Assembly (NCBI GenBank): GCA_002787635.1
Contig: PCXK01000015.1
Coordinates: 68,869 to 132,868, forward strand
Source of the DNA: Alphaproteobacteria bacterium CG11_big_fil_rev_8_21_14_0_20_39_49
Lineage (GTDB): Bacteria > Pseudomonadota > Alphaproteobacteria > Rickettsiales > UBA6187
Reading direction: 5' to 3'
DNA: 64,000 nt
Under the pieces are notes generated by a model. The model saw nothing but the letters and a program-made list of their open reading frames with translations, ran no database searches and was not told where the DNA came from. Positions 9,843-18,684 of this stretch are shown piece after piece. Position 1 is the stretch's first letter, and the number at the start of each line of letters is the position of its first letter. Position numbers and translations under genes: made by a program.

Positions 9843-11093
9843 ATGAATAAAATTAAAGGAGTTATAACCGTACTAATAGTAACGTCCGTTATATTACCTG
9901 CATATTCGAGTAATAATGACGAATCTGACAGGCGACTCAATTTAACAAGGGTTTCATACTACATACAAACCGATGAGCTGAGAAAGGCGTTTAATCTTAT
10001 TGATGAACTGGAAAAAAAATATCCTGACGATGTTCAGCTATTTATAGTTGCGGCAGATTTAAATATACGAGTCAATAACCGAGGCAAGGCTTTAAAATAT
10101 ATTGATAAGGCACAAAAATTAGACCCTTTGAACGAGGATCTTGATTCTATAAAAGCCTCATTAATGCATGAGCATGGGCAATCGGTAAATGCCAGTGCAA
10201 GAATAAAGAAGAGTAGCCTGATAACTGAGCAATTCTTAAAAATGTCAGGCAGAGTTTACGTAAATCCTATTTACAATATTAATATTATTGCAGAAACCGA
10301 TCGTGTAAAAAGTAAAAACGCAATAGTCCGTCAGGACGTAATAGCCGAGAAGTTCGACGGTCAACTTTGGCGGACTAATTTATCACTTAACGGATTATTT
10401 GAAGACGGAGATGAATTTTCAGCTTCACTATATTTAGGTGATGAAGAAACAATCGGTGTGGGTGGAGAATATAGTTTTAGGGATAGGTTTGGAAGCACAT
10501 CTATCGGCGGTAATATTTCACAGCCTGAATGGGAATATATCGAAAGTTTAGTCGGTAACGGAACAAAAGATGACATATATATCGGGCGTAAACAATATGT
10601 CACGAAAAGTGTTAGGGCTTCTTTAAGTACGGGATTAAATAGGTACAACCTTGATGAAGCTTCAAATGTTGCCGAATCACATTCTGTTGACGGTGCTTTG
10701 TCTTATTATTATCCTTACGTTTTGTCGCAAACAAACGATGATATACTTAACTTCGGATTAAATTACTCCCTTGGAGCCGAATATTTTTTAAACAGAAAAA
10801 CAAAAACCGCACCAAACGGTGATAACTTTAAACCGTTCCCTGCCCAAACATATGAAATACATGCTATGACATTTGAAATATCAAGAGACATCAAACAAAA
10901 ATTCCACGCAGGAGCGTTTGCCGGATATGCTAAAGACAGGTTTGGTGATAGCGGTCCTCTTTATGGTACTCAATTACGCTATTCCCCTAGTAAGAAGATT
11001 GATATAGGCATTTATGCATCTGAGGGAATCATCGGAGAAAGCAGGGCGGGTAAAGTAAATCAATTAGGTGTTAATTTTAAATACAAGTGGTAA
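9843..11093 (+). CDS. Outer-membrane beta-barrel protein with an N-terminal TPR segment (porin half of a PelB/PgaA-like exporter)
   Basis: Signal peptide. TPR-like N-terminus (YYIQTDELRKAFNLIDELEKKYPDD...). The C-terminal half has alternating hydrophobic/aromatic beta-strand patterns and ends ...LGVNFKYKW (aromatic C-terminus typical of OMPs). GAGAGGAA RBS. Confidence 0.55.
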   Translation: MNKIKGVITVLIVTSVILPAYSSNNDESDRRLNLTRVSYYIQTDELRKAFNLIDELEKKYPDDVQLFIVAADLNIRVNNRGKALKYIDKAQKLDPLNEDLDSIKASLMHEHGQSVNASARIKKSSLITEQFLKMSGRVYVNPIYNINIIAETDRVKSKNAIVRQDVIAEKFDGQLWRTNLSLNGLFEDGDEFSASLYLGDEETIGVGGEYSFRDRFGSTSIGGNISQPEWEYIESLVGNGTKDDIYIGRKQYVTKSVRASLSTGLNRYNLDEASNVAESHSVDGALSYYYPYVLSQTNDDILNFGLNYSLGAEYFLNRKTKTAPNGDNFKPFPAQTYEIHAMTFEISRDIKQKFHAGAFAGYAKDRFGDSGPLYGTQLRYSPSKKIDIGIYASEGIIGESRAGKVNQLGVNFKYKW

Positions 11094-11098
11094 TATAT

Positions 11099-11138
11099 GT
11101 GAAAGTCAAAACTAATTATTACAAGTTTTGACTTTCAC
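11099..11138. terminator. Perfect 14-bp-stem hairpin between convergent genes (possible bidirectional terminator; no clear U-tract)
   Basis: gtgaaagtcaaaac-(12 nt)-gttttgactttcac, located between the stops at 11093 (+) and 11164 (-). Confidence 0.4.
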
Positions 11139-11163
11139 AACTTAATCTTAGTGCAAATTAGAT

Positions 11164-11550
11164 TTAAAAACCAAATCTGCTTTTTAACCAGTCCATATCT
11201 AGCTTGTCAGGATTTTCTATGTATTCATCCGGCCTTTCCACTACATTTTTCAGGTAACTTAAATTAAACCTCCACGCTTTTTTGATATCCCGCGGAGTCC
11301 CGTTAAAAACAAGTTTCATATCTTTACATTGTATTGAGAAAGCACCTTTTGGCACGTCATCATATATAGCAAGCTCAATAGGATTGCTGTCAACAATTGT
11401 ATGGACAGATGATAATATGTCCTTATATGGAGACTTATCTTTGTGCCTATCAAGAGCCTTGTTGCAGATATCCAAATATTTGTTGAATAGCTCTTCTATC
11501 TCGATTTGTTCAGGAGATTTTTCAGTCGTAATGTTATTTTCCATTTTCAT
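11164..11550 (-). CDS. Hypothetical protein (128 aa)
   Basis: Uninterrupted ORF with AAGGA upstream. I recognised no family. Confidence 0.5.
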   Translation of the reverse strand: MKMENNITTEKSPEQIEIEELFNKYLDICNKALDRHKDKSPYKDILSSVHTIVDSNPIELAIYDDVPKGAFSIQCKDMKLVFNGTPRDIKKAWRFNLSYLKNVVERPDEYIENPDKLDMDWLKSRFGF

Positions 11551-11694
11551 ATTCCTTAAATTTTTTAACTATTGTTAAAGTCTCCTTTTATCCTGATTCC
11601 ACAAGCTATTTCCAATATATTTGAAAGGTACATCAGAAGTTGTTAGTGACAATTCGGTATGATTGATTGCCACTAACAATGAATATTATTTTCT

Positions 11695-11820
11695 TTATTC
11701 ATCTTCCGGTTCTAGTTGTGTCTGATTTAACACAGTTGAATAGTTACGAAACGCAGTAATACGCCTTTCTATCTCTTTAGGTGTTAAAGCGGTTTTTTTT
11801 AGCTGATTATAATCTACCAT
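11695..11820 (-). CDS. Candidate small protein (41 aa), below the ORF-track cutoff
   Basis: Hand translation gives MVDYNQLKKTALTPKEIERRITAFRNYSTVLNQTQLEPEDE. AGGGGG lies 6 nt upstream of the ATG. Confidence 0.35.
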   Translation of the reverse strand: MVDYNQLKKTALTPKEIERRITAFRNYSTVLNQTQLEPEDE

Positions 11821-11919
11821 AATATACCCCCTATTGTTTTGTAAGTATAAATTTACTACGGTTAATTTCTAAAAATATTATCTTAATAACCTCATAGAAT
11901 CACATTCTTAAAGTATTAT

Positions 11920-12081
11920 TCATTCCCATGAGTTGCGTTTGGATTCTTTTTTAGAAACTTCATCAAAATTATCGGATAGTGAAATACTACTGTCTAGTCT
12001 ATCCCAGTTACGTTGGTTAATCAGGCGTTTTTTTCTTATCCTTTCTTTTAACTGAGAGTATTTTTTTTTAAATAATATCAT
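11920..12081 (-). CDS. Candidate small basic protein (53 aa), below the ORF-track cutoff
   Basis: Hand translation gives MILFKKKYSQLKERIRKKRLINQRNWDRLDSSISLSDNFDEVSKKESKRNSWE. GGGGGAA lies 7 nt upstream of the ATG. Confidence 0.35.
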   Translation of the reverse strand: MILFKKKYSQLKERIRKKRLINQRNWDRLDSSISLSDNFDEVSKKESKRNSWE

Positions 12082-12371
12082 AATTGTTCCCCCATTTTAT
12101 TTGTTTTGGTTTAGCTTTAGAAGCACCATGCCTCATATATGAAACATATCTGTTATTTTCAAATAAAGATTTGATAACTATCAATTTTTGCTACTAAACG
12201 TGGCAATAGTCATTATTGTATGCGGCTTAAAAGTATGGTGGAAACCATCGGCATGTTTATCAACTCTTGATTTGATAGCTGTCAAATCATTTTCTTTGTT
12301 AGGGTCTTACTATAAGTTATAGAGGCAGAATAATCTGGTTCTTTAACTTAAAATAAACTTGGAGACATATT

Positions 12372-12548
12372 ATGAATATTCCGGAAAATAAAATTTCACA
12401 AAAATACAGTAGTTCATCTCTTTCTGACAAAGAGCAAAAACAGCAGGATCAGAAAAAACAGGATCAGAAAAAACAAGATGACAAAGAAAAAAATAATCCG
12501 AAGGCTGATAAGAACAACAGCACTTCAGGTAAGAACATCTTTAAATAA
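12372..12548 (+). CDS. Candidate small K/Q/D-rich protein (58 aa), below the ORF-track cutoff
   Basis: MNIPENKISQKYSSSSLSDKEQKQQDQKKQDQKKQDDKEKNNPKADKNNSTSGKNIFK. GGAGA lies 7 nt upstream. A strong hairpin terminator follows directly. Confidence 0.4.
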   Translation: MNIPENKISQKYSSSSLSDKEQKQQDQKKQDQKKQDDKEKNNPKADKNNSTSGKNIFK

Positions 12549-12564
12549 TCCGCTGTATTTAATA

Positions 12565-12600
12565 ATGACGGGCGGTATTTTTTATACCGTCCGTCATTTT
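12565..12600 (+). terminator. Rho-independent terminator
   Basis: atgacgggcggtat-ttttt-ataccgtccgtcat gives a 14-bp stem with one G:U pair, followed by TTTT. Confidence 0.6.
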
Positions 12601-12638
12601 ATTATAATGCAAGCCATAAAAAAACAAGGGTATCGTAA

Positions 12639-12980
12639 ATGAGCAATACAATTGAGGAAAGACTTTTGGCGATATGTGAAATAAATAGCCGCTATAAGCA
12701 TTTTATTAATAATGACCCGATTCTAAAAAACGATTTTGATTTACTGGTAGAATGTTCCCAAACGTCAGATACCATGACACTACAACTATATAAAAAAGTT
12801 ATTAACCATCTAATAGCGGAATCTTATGAATCGATAAAGGATAACCTGCGTATTGCAGATGAGAGTCCGGTGGGGCTGCCCGAAGGCACCGATTATCGCA
12901 AACAGCTACAGCAAAGACGAGGCTTAAGAAAGGCGTTGGTAGATTATAAGGCTAACTATTTAGTCGGTCAAAAACATTAG
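12639..12980 (+). CDS. Hypothetical protein (113 aa)
   Basis: ORF only; weak RBS; no family recognised. Confidence 0.45.
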   Translation: MSNTIEERLLAICEINSRYKHFINNDPILKNDFDLLVECSQTSDTMTLQLYKKVINHLIAESYESIKDNLRIADESPVGLPEGTDYRKQLQQRRGLRKALVDYKANYLVGQKH

Positions 12981-13155
12981 ATTTCAGCCTAATATGATTA
13001 AGTGGTCAAAAGGTACTATAAACGCTAACCAATTAATCTTTATAAAAAATTACACGCGTTTGACTGCAATCAAACAGCTTTCCTAAAATGAGTATAATAT
13101 ACTTAATTAGTAGTATGGCGTATCGCCGACTAATTAATCAACGAGGAGATAAATC

Positions 13156-13485
13156 ATGAACAATAACCTTAAAAAATTACTGATGACAACTGTAATAGTC
13201 GGAACAGTAGGATGTACCGGTCAATCTGCTATGGCAGATATGAACGATGTGGCTAAAATGTTTAATTGGAACGACTTCAGTGACGAGCAGCTTGCAACCA
13301 TTAAAGTCAATATGAACGATGCTATCACAAATGCTAAAGATCAACAAGACGGTACTGTTATAGGTGCTCAATTGGAAAAAGAAGATGGAAAATTCGTTTA
13401 CGAAATAAGTTTCATTGACAAAGGTAAGGAAAAAGAAGTGATGGTCGATGCTTTAAGCGGACAAGTGTTCTTCGGCAAAGAATAA
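13156..13485 (+). CDS. Secreted PepSY-domain-like protein
   Basis: Signal peptide ...GQSAMA. The C-terminus GAQLEKEDGKFVYEISFIDKGKEKEVMVDALSGQV fits the PepSY pattern. GAGGAG RBS. Confidence 0.6.
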   Translation: MNNNLKKLLMTTVIVGTVGCTGQSAMADMNDVAKMFNWNDFSDEQLATIKVNMNDAITNAKDQQDGTVIGAQLEKEDGKFVYEISFIDKGKEKEVMVDALSGQVFFGKE

Positions 13486-13540
13486 CCTTCATAAAGCCTT
13501 ACATTACGCCCATAAACAAATTTAATACAGGATAAAAGCC

Positions 13541-13975
13541 ATGATTGTTAAAGATATTATGACCAAAGAGCCGTTTTTTATAAGCCCTGATGATAGCGTC
13601 AATCAGGCAGCACAGAAAATGGCAGGAATCGAATGCGGTATATTACTCGTAGGAGATGATAAAGAGCATTGCACGGGTGTAATAACAGACCGCGATATTG
13701 TTATTCGTGTGCTTGCCAAAGGTGAGAACCCCGAAAAAACCAAAGTAAAAGATGCTATGACCAAAGAGGTATATTACATATACGAGGAGGATAAGCTTGA
13801 TAAAGCGGCACAGACAATGCGTGACCATGAAATCAATCGCCTTCTGGTTAAAGATAAAAAAGAAAATATTACCGGCATTATCACCTTCGGGGCGATGCTG
13901 TGGAAAACAGAAAGTGCAGCCGAGTTCGGGCATATACTTGACAATACCGACCCTCGTAAAGCTTTGGCATCTTAG
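13541..13975 (+). CDS. CBS-domain pair protein
   Basis: Two CBS repeats (IMTKEPFFISPDDSVNQAAQKM...GVITDRDIV and AMTKEVYYIYEEDKLDKAAQTMRDHEINRLLV...GIIT). Confidence 0.8.
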   Translation: MIVKDIMTKEPFFISPDDSVNQAAQKMAGIECGILLVGDDKEHCTGVITDRDIVIRVLAKGENPEKTKVKDAMTKEVYYIYEEDKLDKAAQTMRDHEINRLLVKDKKENITGIITFGAMLWKTESAAEFGHILDNTDPRKALAS

Positions 13976-14239
13976 CTATAAAAGGTTATAAAGTGCGAAT
14001 TTAAGTCCTTTTTGTACCCTCTCCCTTTTTGGGGGAGGGTAATGACGTTTCTCTTATAGTGCGATTTGTACTAAATATACATTTATTGAATATTCCCCAT
14101 CCTTTCTTGTACGAAAACCCTTGCAAAACATAATAATTAGTATATAAATGCCCTCTTTTTACAGATTAAGAGTACTGCTTGGCGAACATGGCATGCCTTC
14201 AGGCTCAAAATATTAACCCATTTATAAATGGAGATAAAA

Positions 14240-14434
14240 ATGCCTAAACTAAAAACTAAAAGCAGCGTTAAAAAACGCTTCAAGTTTACCGCTTCTGGAA
14301 AAGTAAAACATAAACCTGCCGGTAAAAAACACGGTATGGTTAAGCGTTCCAAGAAGTTTATCAGAAATTCACGTGCTATGGCTGTCCTTTGTAAAGCCGA
14401 TGAGCGTATCATTAAACTGTTCATTAGAAAATAA
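14240..14434 (+). CDS. rpmI: 50S ribosomal protein L35
   Basis: [36 protein letters not shown] lies 5 nt upstream of the ATG at 14240. The track start at 14228 adds 4 unlikely residues. Confidence 0.9.
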   Translation: MPKLKTKSSVKKRFKFTASGKVKHKPAGKKHGMVKRSKKFIRNSRAMAVLCKADERIIKLFIRK

Positions 14435-14446
14435 GGGAGAAATAAA

Positions 14447-14821
14447 ATGCCATTAGCAAAAAACGGAACCGTAAATAAAAAACGTCACAAGAAAATATTA
14501 AAGATGGCAAAAGGTTATCAGGGTCGTAATAGAACCTGTTTCCGTGTTGCCGTTGAAAAGGTGGAAAAAGGTCTGCAATATGCATATCGTGACCGTCGCA
14601 ACAAAAAACGTGACTTCAGAAAACTATGGATACAGCGTATTAATGCCGCTGCAAGATTGAACGGACTTACTTATTCTAAACTGATAAGCGGTCTTAAACT
14701 TGCCGGTATAGAGCTTGACCGTAAAGTTCTGTCTGATATCGCAATAACTGACGAGGCAGGTTTTAAGGCTATTGCTGAAAAAGCCGCTAAAGCCTTAGAA
14801 AAAAATAGCAAAGCCGCTTAA
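14447..14821 (+). CDS. rplT: 50S ribosomal protein L20
   Basis: [60 protein letters not shown] is a canonical L20 sequence. Confidence 0.95.
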   Translation: MPLAKNGTVNKKRHKKILKMAKGYQGRNRTCFRVAVEKVEKGLQYAYRDRRNKKRDFRKLWIQRINAAARLNGLTYSKLISGLKLAGIELDRKVLSDIAITDEAGFKAIAEKAAKALEKNSKAA

Positions 14822-14854
14822 ACTTAATAATCGGCAATATACAAATTGAAAAAA

Positions 14855-14889
14855 GGGCGAAGTGGTGTTAAAACTGTTTCGCCCTTTTT
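14855..14889 (+). terminator. Rho-independent terminator after rplT
   Basis: gggcgaa-(16 nt)-ttcgccc followed by TTTTT. Confidence 0.6.
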
Positions 14890-14986
14890 AGTGGTTAGTG
14901 AATAGTGGTTAGAGTTCAGTTTAATAATAATTACTATTGAAGATTTTTAATTATAGTTATTTAAAATAACTTCCTTACCATAGGCT

Positions 14987-15069
14987 GTCATCCCTGTGAA
15001 TTTTCGTAGAAAATTATAGGGGGATCTTGTGCAGTTTATAGAAGATCCCCGCACTTAGGCGGGGATGAC
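14987..15069. repeat. Palindromic repeat family C-like element (copy C3)
   Basis: gtcatccc...aaaattatagggggatc...gatcccc...ggggatgac has the same architecture as 28137-28224 and 32110-32196 (outer gtcat/atgac stems, inner aattatagggNNatc). Confidence 0.55.
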
Positions 15070-15167
15070 ATTAATAGGTGGAAGTTAATTTAAAGGATTA
15101 TAAATTCACATTTACTATATACAGATTGGCGACAAATTGACCGCTAGTAATTATAAAAGGATTAAAA

Positions 15168-16238
15168 ATGAGTGAACTGGAAAATATCCAACATCAGGCA
15201 ATAGAATCGGTGGCTAATGCCGCTTCGATAAAAGAGCTGGAGCATGTCAGGGTTGAGCAGCTAGGCAAAAAAGGTGTTATTTCTCAGCAGTTACAAAAAC
15301 TGGGGAAATTGCCGCCCGAGGAACGTAAAGCGTTCGGACAGGAAGTAAATCTGGTTAAGGTTGCGGTCAGTGAGGCGATTGATGTTAAAAAATTTGAACT
15401 CGAAGCACTGGAGCTGGATAATCGCCTGTCTACAGAAAAGGTAGATGTTACATTACCTGTCAGACCTGAAAGTAAGGGGCAGATACACCCTATATCACAG
15501 GTGATAGATGAGTGTGTGGCTATTTTTGCCGACATGGGATTCAATATAGAGGAAGGTCCTGAGATAGAAGATGATTTTCATAACTTCACGGCTCTTAATA
15601 TTCCTGAGAACCACCCCGCACGCCAGATGCAGGATACTTTTTACATGCCTGCTAATGAAAACGGCGACAAGCTTGTATTGAGAACGCATACATCATCGGT
15701 ACAGATAAGGCACATGGAAAACGGCAAGCCTCCGTTCAAATTCATAGCACCGGGAAGAGTCTATAGAAGTGATTATGACATGACGCATACCCCGATGTTT
15801 CACCAGATTGAAGGGCTATATATAGACAAAGATGTTAATATGGGACACCTAAAAGGCTGCCTGCATAATTTCTTAAAAGCGTTTTTTGAACTAGATGATG
15901 TGCCGCTGCGTTTTCGTCCGTCTTTCTTTCCTTTTACCGAGCCTTCTGCCGAGGTGGATATAGGGTGTAGCCGTAAAGAAGGTGAGTTAAAGATAGGCAC
16001 GGGCGATGACTGGCTTGAAATACTTGGCTGCGGAATGGTACACCCGAATGTGCTTAGGAATGTCGGTATTAATCCTACCGAATATCAGGGGTTTGCTTTC
16101 GGTCTTGGCATAGAACGACTTGCCATGCTGAAATACGGCACTCCTGATTTGAGGAACTTCTTCGACTGTGATATAAAATGGCTGGAACATTATGGATTCG
16201 GAGCATTGCACAAGCCGAGTCAGGTTGGTGGTTTGTAG
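15168..16238 (+). CDS. pheS: Phenylalanine--tRNA ligase alpha subunit
   Basis: Class II aaRS motifs (HPARQMQDTFY, LRTHTSSVQIR, FRPSFFPFTEPSAEVD, GFAFGLGIERLAML). Confidence 0.95.
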   Translation: MSELENIQHQAIESVANAASIKELEHVRVEQLGKKGVISQQLQKLGKLPPEERKAFGQEVNLVKVAVSEAIDVKKFELEALELDNRLSTEKVDVTLPVRPESKGQIHPISQVIDECVAIFADMGFNIEEGPEIEDDFHNFTALNIPENHPARQMQDTFYMPANENGDKLVLRTHTSSVQIRHMENGKPPFKFIAPGRVYRSDYDMTHTPMFHQIEGLYIDKDVNMGHLKGCLHNFLKAFFELDDVPLRFRPSFFPFTEPSAEVDIGCSRKEGELKIGTGDDWLEILGCGMVHPNVLRNVGINPTEYQGFAFGLGIERLAMLKYGTPDLRNFFDCDIKWLEHYGFGALHKPSQVGGL

Positions 16239-16302
16239 TATTTTACCAATAAAATCCGAGGGATTACGGTTATTGATTAATTAATATTAGTAAAGATTAA
16301 AA

Positions 16303-18684
16303 ATGAAATTCACATTAAACTGGTTAAAAGAACATTTACAAACAAATGCCTCATTGGAAGAAATAGTTGAAAAGCTTACGGCTATCGGGCTTGAGGTGGA
16401 AGAAGTTACCGATAAGTCAAAAGAGCTGGCTGATTTTAAGATAGCACAGATATTAGAGGCGAAGCCGCACCCTGATGCCGATAAATTGCAGGTCTGTAAA
16501 GTAAATAGCGGTGACGAGGAATTACAGATTGTGTGCGGTGCAGCAAATGCAAGGGCGGGTATCAATGTTGTTCTGGCTCCTGTGGGCAGTGTTATACCGA
16601 CTAACGGTATGAAAATAAAAGCTTCCAAGATAAGGGGTGTTGAAAGTAACGGTATGTTATGCTCGGCGGCGGAACTGGGATTGGGTGATGACCATTCGGG
16701 GATTATCGAGATGCCTGCAAGCAATGATAATATAGCCCGAAAATATGCCGATGTGGCAGGCTTGAGTGACCCTGTTATAGAGATAGCCATAACACCGAAC
16801 AGGGGTGATTGTCTGGGCGTTTACGGTATAGCAAGAGATTTGGCTGCGGCAGGTCTGGGCGAATTAAAAGAGTTGCAGGTAGATAATATAAAAGGCGAGT
16901 TTAAATCTAAAATTAAAATTATAATAGACAATGAAATAGAATGCCCGATGTTCGCAGGGCGTTATTTTAAGGGTGTTAAAAACGGTGAATCACCCGATTG
17001 GTTAAAAAGCAGGTTAACGGCTATCGGGCTTCGTCCTATATCTGCACTGGTCGATATTACAAATTATATCGCTTTTGAGTTTGGTAGACCGCTACATGTA
17101 TATGATGCAAAAAAAATAAAAGGCAATCTTCATGTGCGTTATGCTACTGAGGGGGAGAAAATAGTTGCATTAGATGATAAAGAGTATTTTCTAGACTCCG
17201 AAATGACGGTTGTAGCTGACTCAGATGATGAAAAAGTACAGGCTATTGGCGGAGTTATAGGCGGAACGGAAAGTGGTTGCGATGAAAATACTACGGAAGT
17301 GTTTTTAGAGGTAGCTTTGTTTAACCCCATATCTGTTGCATCTACCGGTCGTAAGCTTGATATAATCACAGATTCACGTTACAGGTTTGAAAGAACCGTT
17401 GACCCTGCCTTTGTGAAAAAGGCGGTGGAGATAGCCACAAAGATGATTCTAGATATATGTGGCGGTGAGGCAAGTGAGCCTGTTGTAGCAGGTGGTGAAC
17501 CAAAATGGCAGCGTGAAATTGAATTTGATTTTAAATATGTCAAACAGCGTGGTGGAATTGACGTTAGTGAAAAAGAGTGTGTAGCCATATTAGAGGCGTT
17601 AGGTTTTGCGGTTAACGGTAACAAAATATCCATACCTTCATGGCGTAGCGATATTGACGGAAAATCAGATATAGTTGAAGAGATAGTACGTATCTACGGC
17701 TATGATAAAATCCCTACACTTGAACTACCAAATGATAATAAGGGCTTTGAAGCTGTGCTCAGCCCACGCCAGCAGCGTGTTTCCGATGTTAGAAGAACGC
17801 TTGCGGCAAGGGGAGTGACCGAGGCTATAACATGGTCTTTCATGAAGTCGGCTAAAGCGAAATTATTCGGGGCAGATAGTGACGAGCTAAAACTCTTGAA
17901 CCCTATAAGCAGTGATTTGGACGTAATGCGTCCGAGTATATTGCCTAACCTTCTTGATGCCGTGGCAAGAAATAATGATAGGGGTCATGAGAACCTGTCA
18001 TTTTTCGAGATAGGCTTGATATTTGAAAATACAACTCCAAAAGGGCAAAGACAGGTAGCATCAGCAGTGCGTTCGGGCAGGACTTCGGCAAAAGATATTT
18101 ACGGCACGTCAAGGGAGGTTGATGTGTTCGACGCAAAAGCCGATTGTTTGGCGGCGTTGGAAACCGCCGGAGTACCTGTTGATAATTTAAGGATAACCAC
18201 TGATGCCGCAAGTTACTATCATCCGGGTAGAAGCGGTGTTTTCAGACTTGGCAAGGCAATATTGGGCGTTTTTGGTGAGATACATCCGAAAATATTGACG
18301 GTACTGGATGTGAAAGTCCCCGCCGTAGGCTTCGAGATTTTCTTTGATAACCTGCCTGATGTTAAGAATAAAGGAAAATCACGCACTAAACTTGAAGTAT
18401 CCGAATATCAAAGCTCAAACCGTGATTTTGCATTTTTGATAGATGCTGATATTGCAGTCGGTGATATACTGCAATCGGTCAGAAGGTGCGATAAGAAGCT
18501 TATAAGGGAAGTTTCCCTATTCGACGTTTATCAGGGAAAAGGTGTCGCTGAAAATAAAAAATCCATAGCCTTCTCGGTAAAGATACAGGCTGCCGACCAT
18601 ACTTTGACAGAAGATGAGATTGAAGGTGTAAGCAAAAAGGTTATTGAAGTTGTTTCACAGGCAGGTGGTGAGCTTAGGGGGTAA
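16303..18684 (+). CDS. pheT: Phenylalanine--tRNA ligase beta subunit
   Basis: MKFTLNWLKEHL N-terminus, tRNA-binding domain (AKPHPDADKLQVCKV), B3/4 and B5 domains, 793 aa. Confidence 0.95.
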   Translation: MKFTLNWLKEHLQTNASLEEIVEKLTAIGLEVEEVTDKSKELADFKIAQILEAKPHPDADKLQVCKVNSGDEELQIVCGAANARAGINVVLAPVGSVIPTNGMKIKASKIRGVESNGMLCSAAELGLGDDHSGIIEMPASNDNIARKYADVAGLSDPVIEIAITPNRGDCLGVYGIARDLAAAGLGELKELQVDNIKGEFKSKIKIIIDNEIECPMFAGRYFKGVKNGESPDWLKSRLTAIGLRPISALVDITNYIAFEFGRPLHVYDAKKIKGNLHVRYATEGEKIVALDDKEYFLDSEMTVVADSDDEKVQAIGGVIGGTESGCDENTTEVFLEVALFNPISVASTGRKLDIITDSRYRFERTVDPAFVKKAVEIATKMILDICGGEASEPVVAGGEPKWQREIEFDFKYVKQRGGIDVSEKECVAILEALGFAVNGNKISIPSWRSDIDGKSDIVEEIVRIYGYDKIPTLELPNDNKGFEAVLSPRQQRVSDVRRTLAARGVTEAITWSFMKSAKAKLFGADSDELKLLNPISSDLDVMRPSILPNLLDAVARNNDRGHENLSFFEIGLIFENTTPKGQRQVASAVRSGRTSAKDIYGTSREVDVFDAKADCLAALETAGVPVDNLRITTDAASYYHPGRSGVFRLGKAILGVFGEIHPKILTVLDVKVPAVGFEIFFDNLPDVKNKGKSRTKLEVSEYQSSNRDFAFLIDADIAVGDILQSVRRCDKKLIREVSLFDVYQGKGVAENKKSIAFSVKIQAADHTLTEDEIEGVSKKVIEVVSQAGGELRG

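Noticed and set aside
12421-12480. 15-nt tandem duplication caggatcagaaaaaa inside the 58-aa ORF
   Set aside because: There are only two to three imperfect units. It is most simply a low-complexity K/Q/D coding repeat, not a distinct repeat locus.
14137-14424. 95-aa minus-strand ORF opposite rpmI
   Set aside because: It is antisense to a canonical ribosomal protein gene and extends into a repeat-containing spacer. It is a shadow ORF.
16287-16790. Long antisense ORFs inside conserved genes (16287-16790 in pheT, 20239-20844 in lepA, 30238-30660 in hscA, 38811-39317 in ychF, 55430-55879 in leuA, 25186-25584 opposite iscR)
   Set aside because: All lie opposite highly conserved genes and have Ser/Pro/Ala-rich, low-information translations. 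This is the typical frame -1 shadow-ORF pattern, with no independent evidence.
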